64,000 bases of DNA from Podarcis vaucheri. Its lineage: Eukaryota. Both the position numbers and the translations under genes were made by a program. Below the pieces are notes generated by a model, which saw only the letters and a list, made by a program, of their open reading frames with translations, was not told the origin of the DNA and did no database searches. Numbering within the stretch: the first letter of the stretch is position 1; each line of letters opens with the position of its first letter. The DNA lies in NCBI GenBank assembly GCA_965113315.1, contig OZ220376.1. One strand, 5' to 3'. Below, piece by piece: positions 1 to 10,600 of the stretch.

Positions 1-149
1 GTGAAAACAATAAAACCACAAGTTCAAGGAAAGGCTTACCAAACAGGTGCGTAACCAGGTGGTGGCAGAATGCCAACAGCAATGGGGTGTCTCAAATTTC
101 ATCAGGGAAGGCATTCCACAACACTGGTGCCACCAGCAAAAAAATTAAA

Positions 150-3100
150 TAAAACCCAACCTCTCTGTTACCACAAGCCGATAATCATGAGATTGTGGGC
201 CCTGCTGTGGTGCTGATGGCCTGGCATTTGCCCATGGGAGCTGCCTTACAGAATTGCTGTTTTGTTTTATGTGGCTGAATCTCTCCCTCCACCTGCCTTT
301 GTTTCTGCCACCCTTGGTGCCCTCCAGGAAGCAGCAGCAGCCATGACTGTACAGCCCTCTGTGGGAATGCTGTGACCTTAGGGGGGCAGATTCCAACAAC
401 AGTTGCAGTTGCAAAGAGGAACAGCCTCCCTGGAAGCCTGCTTGCACTGTTTGGAGTTATCAGTGGCCCTTGCTGGGTCTCTCTGCCCTGGGAGGAGGGC
501 ACAGGGCAACTTGATTGAGTCAGCGTGGCTTAGGACATGGCTCCTCTGAGCTGCTCCCCACATGCATGCTGACAGTACTGGGCAAGGAAGAGGCAACCCA
601 AGAAGGCACGCACTCATGTGTGTCCTAGCCAGCCTGGTTGGCAGTGACTGGGGAGAGTTCTTTCGCCCAGGGAGGAGAGGGGGCATCTGAAGGTCTACAT
701 TGGGTCATCCGGCTGGACCAGTGGCTGGTTCTTGCTTCAGCATTGGCAGTGGGACAGCACCCACACTGCAGTGAGTCACACCCACCCCATACACATTGAA
801 AGTGCGAGGTTTCCCCCAAAGAATCCTGTAGTTTATCCTCAGAGAGCTACAATTCTCAGCACCCTTAAACTGTAGGATTCTTTCGGGAAAGTCATGCACT
901 TTAAATGTGGGAGAGTCCCTGAGGGCAGGCAGTGGTGGAGGCGGTGCTGCAGGTCATATGGCACATGGTGGTCTGTCTCCCAATACTTTGCAGGGGCTCA
1001 GTCTCCTCCACCCCCAACACAGCACCTGGATCCTATATGGGCGACAGGACATGGGCTTGCCCTTCCCTTGTCTGAAGGCTGAAAGGGCCAGTGCTGAGCT
1101 CCTACCCAGCCTCTACAGGCTGGTCTCCCAGCTGCCTGCCCCTGCCTGCAACCAGATCTGGGCCCTGCCCTGAGCTAGGAGATCAAATGACACCATTGAT
1201 TGTGTGCTTGATCAGCTGGCTTCCAAAAAGATCCCTTCCTCCCAAATCCCAGGGCACGACAATAGACCAGGGCCAAGCAAAGCTGGCTGGCTGCATTTTT
1301 CTCAGGCCCAGAGGTCTCCTGTGGGTGGGCAGCCAGCCAGCTAGCTAGCCACCTGGGCAGCCACCTGGAATCTCAGCCTCCAGGCTTCCCTTCCTAATGT
1401 CCGGAAGTGGAGGAGAGTCCAAGAGAAGGCTCAGCAGGGGACTAACTGCCTTTTCGATAGGGAAGAAGTGCATGCGCACTTTGACATTTGCCCTCCTGGC
1501 CACGTTGTTCCCCACAGGAGGCTCCCCAAGGTGCTAGTCCACAACAAGCAAGGAGCCCCAGCACGGGGGTGTGGCTGTGAGGTCTGTAGATGGAAGAAAG
1601 GAACCCAAATCCACAAGGGCACCTCCTTACTCCAGGCATGGGCTGCCAGTCCCCCCCCCCCCCCATTTATCCATTGCCTCTGCCCAGTTGAATTGACGCA
1701 TTTGTTTCAGTGGTGGTGTTGTGTAACGATAACGGTATTAGAAACCCACCTGCCACTGGAGATACCTGAGCACCTCTGCAGGCAAATTGCAGGATTGCAA
1801 AGGGAAGGGCAGAAGCGCTGGGAGAGCCCCCTCCTCTCTCCCAGCCACTGGCTGCCCTTGGAGAGCTTTGCTCCCTCCTTCCATCTCTCGGCCCAGGAAA
1901 GGGGAGGCCTGGGGTGAAATTGGCCTCTCTCCCAAGTTGCTTTTGTCCTGGCTGCCAGGGCTTTGCCTCCCTCCTTTTGCAATGGGTGCTGCTGCTGCCT
2001 CTGCCGCCACCGTTTGCTTGGGACCAATCCAGAGCCGCCTCTTGGCCACCCTCCCTCTGGGAAGATGAAAACAGCCACTGCCTTTCCTCCTCCCCCACTT
2101 CCTCCCCCGCCTCTCTCTCCCCCCCCACTTCACTCCGCTGGGCCCCTGATCCTCCCCGTGCTGATGCCAATGCTCATTGACCCACCACCTCGACCCTTGC
2201 TAGTTCCCGGGGCCATTCTCTCATGCTCCTCCGTTGCCATGGCAAACCAAGTGGCAGGCATTCATCACGGGTTGCCGTGGTTACTGCTGGACGGATGCAG
2301 CGAGGAGGTCCTCGAGGGGGCTCCTGAGCAGAGTCCCACCTGGACCCTCTTCATCCTCCTCTCCCTCCTGACAGCTGTGTTTGGGAGGAAAGAAGCCTGC
2401 TCAACCGTCCCAGCACCCCAAAGAAGGGGAATCAGGGAGAATCCTTTTTGTTTAGGGCCAAGCCTGTGCATTGAAACCCTCCCCCATCTCCTCGAGTGCT
2501 TGCTCCTCTTGCTGCACAGTTTGTTTTCCTAAAGTGAGGGGAGAGGTGATGGTTCTGTGTACTCCCTTTTGTTTTTTTGTTTTTGCAAAGACAGGGTGTG
2601 GATGGGCCCCTGCCAGGGCTCCCAGAGTCATAATTTCCCTGGAAGAGTTGAGAGAGCAAATATCTGCACTGAGTTCAAGGCAAGAGTGGGAGATCTTCCT
2701 TTCTGAAAGTCACGTGGCGGTTCCTGCCATGATGCTCAGGAACTGCTCCTCCATTATATGTGAACTGGAAGGCCACAGGAGCCATGTTCTCTGCCATGAG
2801 CATGTCTCCCTCTCTGCTTCTCCCTTTAAGATGCAGAGGCCGAGTGTTGGGCATGAGCAAATGATTCTTTCACCACCATCCTTGGCAGAGCTGCCACTAC
2901 CCACTGGGGGACTTAAATGCAGGCAATGCCAAAAGGTTTCTCCTTCACACAGAACCACCCCACAAGGGTGCCGTGGTTGCTGGATGTGGAAGGGAAGCAG
3001 AAAGAGAGGGGGATAGAGTTCTGTGCATAGGTGACTTGGGGATTCCCTGAAGTACAGCCTCTATTTGTTCAGAGTGATGGTATCCCACCCTTTGCTTCAG

Positions 3101-6100
3101 CTCTAAAACCTCTCAGGGCAACTGACTTGTGAAATGAAAGCTAATGGAGTATTTTTATTTTTTTGCTGTGGTTGGGGATGCACAGATCTCAGGCCGTGTT
3201 GGGTCAGCATCTGGAGCCTTGCAGGGTCTGCCATGACCAGTTGGCTTTGCATTCTGCTGATGAAATTGCTCATACCTGTTCCAAGGTGCTCTGGGTGGAA
3301 CTGTCTTTGAAGGTGGTTTTGAACCTGTAATAGTTATAGAAAGTGGCAGCCGAGGTTATATCGCACCTATACTGTACTGGTTAAAGTGACTGCCTGTTCA
3401 TTCCTGTGCCCAGTTCAAGGTGCTGGTTTTGGTCTTCAAGGTCTTAAACCATTTAGGACCAGGTTACCTGTAGGGCTGTTTGCCCACCTGAACATTGAGA
3501 TCAGCGCCTGAAGTCCTGAGGTCTGGCCTGCCAGCAGAAGAGGTTAGATTGGTGGGCAGCAGGGACAGGGCCTTTTGAGTGGGGATCCCACATCTCTAGA
3601 AGCCTCTCTCCAGGGAGAGATGTACATCTTGGACACTGATAGCCTTTAAGGAAACTCTGAAGATGTTTCTGTTCCAGCCTGTGTTTGATTATTTCATATG
3701 CTGTGCTTGAATTTCTTTTAAAATTAGTGGTTCTATTGAAATTGCTGCTATCTTTATGAGCTTAAAACAGCATGTGAACAACTTTTAGAAGGTGGTGGGT
3801 TATAAATATTTGAATAAATAAAAACTCAAAATACAGCACAACAATACAACACAGCATTACTGCCCTGAAGAGGAAACACACGCATAATGGAACAGCACTG
3901 CCAAATCATTGCTCAACTCCTTCTAGCTTCTCCATCGTTTGACTGCTATTCCTGAAGCAAGGAGCTTCCTGTGCTCATGGATGCTCCCCACAAATGCTCC
4001 TCCAGTGCAGGAGGCTTCCTGCATCAGAAGGAAGGGACTAAATAGTGCCTGAAGAGGACTTCAGTTAAAACCAGCTCCAAAATATGTTGGGTGAGCAGTA
4101 AGAGCATCTTTGCCTGGCACCCAAAGGACATCAGCACCAGACAAGAGTCTTGGTTGCAGATGCTGAGGTACTGCACTGGGTCATCAGTCTCTCTCTCTCT
4201 CTCCAGTTGCCACCCACCGGACTTCAGAGGGCTTCTACTGGAAGGCTCAGGTGACAATCATAAAGTCTAGGTGGGCTTATCTGTGAGGAGGAGGAAAGAT
4301 CCACAGCTGTGCCTGCCTGATATTGTAAAGCTGCTATTACATAAAAGCCCCCAGGGTGGCTTCCAACAGCATAATTGAAAACAGACACACGTAGCAATAA
4401 ATATAAAACCAGCAGTAATAAAAAAGAGAGCAGCAAAACAACAAAAACCCATAGCCAGTTTACAGCTTAAAGCTGTAAGGAAATGCAGAAGTCCTTTGCC
4501 TGGCACTGAGATGACATCAGGCCTTTAATGGTGATGGGCAGCACTTTGAATTGTGCCCAGAAATGGATGGGCAGCAGCCTGGTGGTCAGAGGTCCTCTCT
4601 AGAGCCAGTTCCAGCCCAGCAGCTGCATTCTGACATTTCTGGGGAATCTTCCAAGGCAGGCAAGCAGGCCCATGTGCACCGCAGATTGCAGCTGTGGTTT
4701 AAGCTAGGAAGCTTCAGCTCTCTAATTATTCTTGATGGAGGGGTTGAGTTCTAGTCTGAAGAACATCAGCAGAGCCTGCCTGCAGCAGCTGGGTCACACC
4801 ACAGGCTCACCTAGTTCTCTATCTTGTTCCAAACCAATGCGGAACTCATAAGCAAGCAGGCCCTGAGCTCTCCTTTGCACTGGGCAGCACATGCCGCTTG
4901 GAAGCAGGGCAGAGCTGCACACTGGCATCTTAAAGCTTATGTGATGCAGGATTAGGCTTCCCAGGTCACCTTCTGAAAGGCAGAGGGCTCGGCCTAAAAG
5001 TGCACCCAGGGCAGAGGCAGAAGAACCTTCAGAAACCATCTAGTCAATAGCATATTAAAGAAGAAGAAAAAACTGGCACACAATTAAAGCATTAAGAATT
5101 AAAAATAAACATGTCCAAACAAGCTGACCAGGAAACTCAGCTCAGTACAGGGGTTGCCATTTGCAAGTCAAGGCCCATAGAACTTTCTATTGTTTGTTAC
5201 AGCTTTTGTACAGCCATAGACAAGGAATTAATCCGTTTATTCTTAGGTGAAACAACTTATATACAAAAAAACTCTAAAATATTAAACCAGACAATTCAGC
5301 AACAGACAGAAGACAGGAAACGCATTCAGCTAATATTATAGTCACCATTTTAATTTATTGTCTGTTGTTTGTTTAACAAATATAGAAATATAGGATGCTC
5401 AATCAAGTGGTCCCCCACCTCCGCCCCACCCCAAACCATGGGTCTTGGCATCAGGATCAGCATGGGAGAGTTCCTCAATAAATAGTTACTGTGGAAACTG
5501 GAGGGGCAAGAAAGATTAGTGGGCATCAATGGAGCTGAATGTTGGGAGACTGAAGACAGATAAGAAAAAGCACTTCTTCATGCAGTGCTTAGTCAAACTA
5601 CAGAAATTGCTTCCACAGGAGACAGTGATGGCCACCAACCCAGACTGCAGTAAAAGAGGGTATGCAATTTTGGGAGAGGGGAGACTGTGGCACTGGGGAG
5701 CGGGCAGGCTGGAAAGGCCCCCTAGACTTAGAGGCCTGAGTTGCCCTCCCCTCGCATGAAGTATTGGGTTTGCAGTTTTGGGAGAGGGGAGACTGAGGCA
5801 CTGGGGAGAGGGCAGGCTGGTGAGGCCCCCTAAGTAGGCTTCAGCCTATACATAAATCCGGCACTGCCACTGGGACATGATAATCTTGAAGGCTCCACCC
5901 TCCAAGGCAGATGCAGTCTGTGTTAAGAGATTCAGCTCATTCAGGATAAGATTTTACATAAACAAAATCAAGGAAAGGGGTGTGATCCCTGCTTGGGAGT
6001 GTTGTAATGATGGTGTTGATATTTCACGTTTTACTTCCACCCTGCTGGTGGAGAGAGACGTTCAGTGGTCCCTGACCCAGGCAGCTGTTAGGGTGGACTC

Positions 6101-6500
6101 TCAGCCATTCACTGCTGGTGCACCAGAGGGAGTTGCAACCCAGGAGGAGAAGGAGGTCAGACTGGGCAGAGCCAGGTGCCCAGGGCAGGCTCAGAGCAGC
6201 GGGCCAGTTGCCAGGGGAACAGGCAGGAGCCTGTTGCAGGCCTGCCTCTCTGAGGCTGCCCTGCTGGTTGGCCCCACAGCCTGTGTGTCTCTCCCTCTCT
6301 GTTTGCCAGCCCTGCCCGGGCGCTCTGCCAGGGCGGGGTGGGCACAGTGCCCAGGAGAGCAGGGAGATTAGCCCAGAGTTCAACAATGCCCAGAGGGCAG
6401 AGGAGCTGCCAGGGAGGTCTGGCCCAGCGCGGGGGGCAGGGGGCACGCGGACACTCCCACTCCTTGCTTCTCCCCAGTGGGGTGTTCTTGAGATGCCCCC
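150..6500 (-). pseudogene. Putative decayed multi-exon gene (possible RGS22/RGSL1-like unitary pseudogene), divergent from SEMA4B
   Basis: Minus-strand segments bounded by polypyrimidine+AG acceptors and/or GT donors: 4811-5039, ~3861-4280, 3276-3324, 1750-2979, plus acceptors ending at 1584 and 488. Translations are protein-like but broken by stops and frameshifts. Short motifs LYDCHLSLPVEAL (~4227-4265) and FLEGTKG (~310-330) recall RGS22/RGSL1 motifs (FLSLPxF; FxxGTxGE). Boundaries and identity are uncertain. Confidence 0.4.
5663..5832 (+). repeat. Local direct duplication (~60-bp G-rich unit, two copies ~108 bp apart)
   Basis: ttttgggagaggggagactg(t/a)ggcactggggag(c/a)gggcaggctgg at ~5668 and ~5776. 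Confidence 0.8.
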
Positions 6501-6649
6501 ATTCAGCCTAGCTCCTGGGAGAAGCAGGCATGGAGCCCAAGGAAGAGTTGTTAGGAGAGGGGGGTAGGGGTGGGGCTGTCTTTGTCATAGTGCCCCGGGG
6601 GGAGGGAGGTTGCTTTTGTTTTGGGCTGCAGTTTTTGGGTTGGCGGGGG

Positions 6650-7600
6650 GGCACCCATGGGTGCTAAAGCTGTCGCGTGCTTTGGTTCGACGGCACCGCC
6701 AGGCGAAGCCCCAACGAGGGTAGCTGCCTAGCTCGGGATTGGGGCGTCAGTTTTGGAGGGCGGGAGAGAGGAGGAAGAGGAGGAACCGCATGGGGGTGGT
6801 GCGGTTCTGGGAGAGATTAGCAAAGCGACGTTCAGGGCTGCTTTCAACGGCCGGGGGAAGATGTTGGGGCGGGGCCGGCCCTCGGAGCTTCACCCACATC
6901 TCCTCCTCCTCCCTTTCCCTCTCCCTCTCCCTCTCTCTCAGGTCCGGACCTGTCTCTTCCTGAGGGAGGGGGCGGAGGGGCGGCCACTCCCGCCCCGACG
7001 GGGGAGGAGGAACCAGAAAGAGCAGCAGTCCGAGCAGCTCCGAAGTTTTGCAACTTGATCTGCCTGCCTGCCTGGTCGAGCGAGCAAAGCCTCCGACGCT
7101 CCGCAGCCCGCCGCTGCTGCTGCTGCCCAGGCCCCGCTCCCCTCGGACCCACTGCGCCATGGGGCTCCGGGAGTCGGCGCTGCTGCTGTTGGGAGCGCTC
7201 CTGGCCGCCGCTGCCGAAGAGGAGCCGGTGCCGCGCCTGAGTCTGCGCCTCGGTAAGCCTGAGAGGTCGGGGGCGGCCCAGCCACAGCGGAGGCCCCGTC
7301 GAGGGATGCTCCTGGCCGGGGAAGCGGAGGGGGAGCAGACCGACGGTGCTCTCTCGGCCTGCCCCTTCGGGGTCTGATTGGTGGGAGGCGCTGATATTTC
7401 ACGCTGCTGGTGGGGAGAAGGAGATCTCCGCAGGCTGATGGGGTGTTTTAGTATCTTGCGGGGGCTCGAGAGCGCAGAGCCCAGGGTCTTTTCCTTCTGC
7501 TCTTTGTAAAGCACCTCGAATACTGACACACACACCCCGAATACCGTGAGAGGCCCCGTGAAGAGGTTTTCCCTTTGGGCCTCTTCCTCGATGTGGCGAG
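6650..7600. promoter_or_regulatory. CpG island / SEMA4B promoter
   Basis: High CpG and GC content with GC boxes (ggggcgggg ~6866, ggggcggag ~6968) around SEMA4B exon 1. Confidence 0.8.
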
Positions 7601-10600
7601 GACTGCCATGGCACTTTTAGTCTCCCCATTGGAGTCGGAAGCCTTGAAAGGGGGCCGCCAAGACCATCCAGCCTTTCTCAACCTTGGGTCCCCAGATGTT
7701 TTTGGCCTACAACTCCCATCATCCCTGACCACTGGTCCTGTGAGCTAGGGATCATGGGAGTTGTAGGCTAAAAACATCTGGGGACCCAAGGTTGAGAACC
7801 CAACCTCTCGCCTTAGGAAAGGGTTCCTTGACTGGAGAGCAGTGCCGCTCCATGAAATCAGGAGCTGGGCCTGACTTGGCCCATGGCTGGACTTGGTGGC
7901 CAGCATCCATATGATAACTACACATGTCTTGCACCCTGGTGGGTGGGTGGCACCAAAATCACCCTGGCCAGGGCTTTGTTACCCTTGTTTTCCAGCTCAC
8001 CCAGTACCAACCCCCTTTGATCCAGTGGGGGGCTTTGGCCAGAGGCTCCTGAGCATGTCCCCGGGGAAACTGTGGCTTTGGACAACAGTGTAGATGGGGT
8101 CTTTTGGAGCTGAAGGGGAGTCCAGCTGAGCCTGAGAAGGGGGCTCCCTGTCCCCTGGGCACTGCCATTCATTGCCGGAGCAAGAGTAGCTGCCAGCCTC
8201 TCACGTTCCAGGGGGTCCTACAGTGACTGCCCCAACATCTCTTGCTCCATAGGGCCTGGGCAGTGCAGGAGGTCCTTCCTCCCCTGGGAGGTCACTGCAA
8301 CCACTTTTGTGGTCAGTCAAGGCCTCTGCTGCTACCCCACATCCACAGCAGTCCCCTGCAGTCCCCACTCTCCCTGGGCTGTGTTTTTGTTGCTCCCCAA
8401 ACCAGCAGGGGGCAGGAGGAAGAGAAGGAGGGACCTGAGCACCCTCCCTCTCTCAGGTTTGTCTGAAGGTGGCGGGACCTGCCCCAACAAGCTTTTCTGG
8501 CAACTGCATTTTGCTTAAGTGGAGCTGATGAAATAGAGGCTGGGTAGCTACTGGGGACCTCCAGAGATCCGGGGTAGGATTGGGGCCTTCTCCTGTGCAG
8601 GTGCCAGCCAGGTGCCAGCTGCAGTGGGTGACCCGAATGGTCCCAACAGACTCACCTGAAATACTTTCTTTTGTGAAAACCATTAATTATCGTATGGGGA
8701 GATGGTTTATGGAGGGGATTAGTAACAAAGAACTGCTTAGCAAAATTGGGTATGAGACAAAACACCCATCTAGTGGGCACACTTTGGGGTGGCTGCTATT
8801 TCCTCCGGCCTTGGTTGGGTGTGTGCCTGCAAGAGGCAACAAAGTGCTGTCTCAGCTTGCAGGTTGCTTCTTCCAACACAGGGCCAGGTGTGCAGGTTGA
8901 GTGGGTTTGAGGAAGAGGCACCTGTCCCTCCGACAGCTGCCACATCAAGTGACAACATGCCCATAGGAAGCGCTCATCACATGCCACAGGGCACAGCCCT
9001 ATGCGACCTCAAAAACAATCCCTTCTGATAAGGGTGCTTCACAGGACTTTGTTTAGGAATAAGCCACTGGGAAATGAGATGTGCTCACCTGGGTGCCTCT
9101 ACCTGGAAACGCCTCTTGCTGACCAGGAAGGGGTTGGAGTTTGGAAGACTCTGCTCCCTCTTGCTGTTACTCCCCTCACAGAAGCCAGTTGGCCACTCCA
9201 GCAGTAAGGACGACCTGTCATGTCCTGGAAGACCCAAGCTGGAAGCATCTGCAGTCAGTTCAGACAAGCTGTTGCATCTCCTTCCCTCCCTTCCCACAGC
9301 TTGCAAGGGAGAGAGGGGGCAGTTTTTTCTAGCGAAGCTATACAGTTTGAGGTTCAGAGCAGGTGCATAGTTAAACTGTGGAACTCGCTTCCACAGGAGG
9401 CAGTGATGGCCACCAACTTTTTCAGTTTTTAATGGAGGTGGCTTGTCAATGGCTACTAGCCATGATGGCTGTGCTCTGCAACCACAGTTGGAGACAGCAA
9501 TGCTTCTGAATGCCAGTTGCTGGAAACTGCGGGGTGTGTGCTCTTGTGCTCTAATTCTGCTGGTTCCCAAATCCCACAGGGACCTGGTTGGTCACTGTGA
9601 GAAGAGGATACTGGACTAGATGGGCCATTGGCCTGATTTTACATTCTTATGGAAGCTTTAAGAGATGATTAGACAAATTCATGGAGGAGGATGCCAAATT
9701 CATGGTGCCCATGGCTACCAGCCACAATGGCTATGCTTTCCCTCCGCTGTTGGCAACAGAATGTTGCTAAATGCTAGTTTGGGGATTGTTGCTACCGTTG
9801 CGCTCAGGTCCCATTGGGGCGTCTGGTTGGCCACTGGGGGAACTGGGTGCTGAGCTAGATGGACCCCCTTTGGCCTGATCCAGCAGCCACATTCTTCTTA
9901 GGGCCTTGTATTCAGTGTCCATGGAGATGTTGAACCCCACAGCACCATGTCCTGAATTTGTCTTGCTTGATCATAGGTATGCGTCCCTAAAAGACTGTGC
10001 ATCACAGCCGGTCCTTTTCATGGACACTCTTGTCTTTTGGTTGTGCCTTTGGACTCTCTTTTTCTGGTGTAGGAACTTGGCAGCCCAGTCCTTCCCCTCA
10101 TATTCACTCATTTCCTAGAGAGCTGCTGCAGCAACAGAGTTGTCTGTGTAATACTTTGGAGTCCAGACCAGGAAATTCCTGGATTGGATAGACTGGTGGG
10201 AGTGGCCCTCTGCCAGCCTCTGCCCCTTCTGGGTCACAAGCGAGGGTGAGAGATTGCCCAACCCTGTGACGAGGTACGGAGTCACAGATGTGTGCTCTGC
10301 TGGTGCCCACGGATCACCATCCTGCGGAAGCTGGCTCATCCAGACTGGCAGGTAGGTGCCTGTTCCCCAGCGAGAGGCAAGCCTCCTGTTCCCTGCTCAG
10401 CTGTTTCCCTCTTGCCTTTCCCATAGTTGGACCATCCGTCCTCTGCTGGTGAATGTGAGCTGGGGCTTTTCTAAGGGATACTCAGAACTGCGCAAGTGCC
10501 ACGTGATTGTAGTTTGCAACACACACCTCTGCATTTTCTCTGCGAGTGTGCGCGCACACACTGTTGCTTGGAGTCCTATTCCAATGGCATTTGGAGGACA

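Noticed and set aside
1963-3016. Long + strand ORFs (189 aa and 181 aa)
   Set aside because: Non-ATG starts and no recognisable domain; they read like antisense shadows of minus-strand sequence.
6747-7535. 262-aa minus-strand ORF over SEMA4B exon 1
   Set aside because: Low-complexity Arg/Pro/Ser frame of the kind expected from a stop-poor CpG island.
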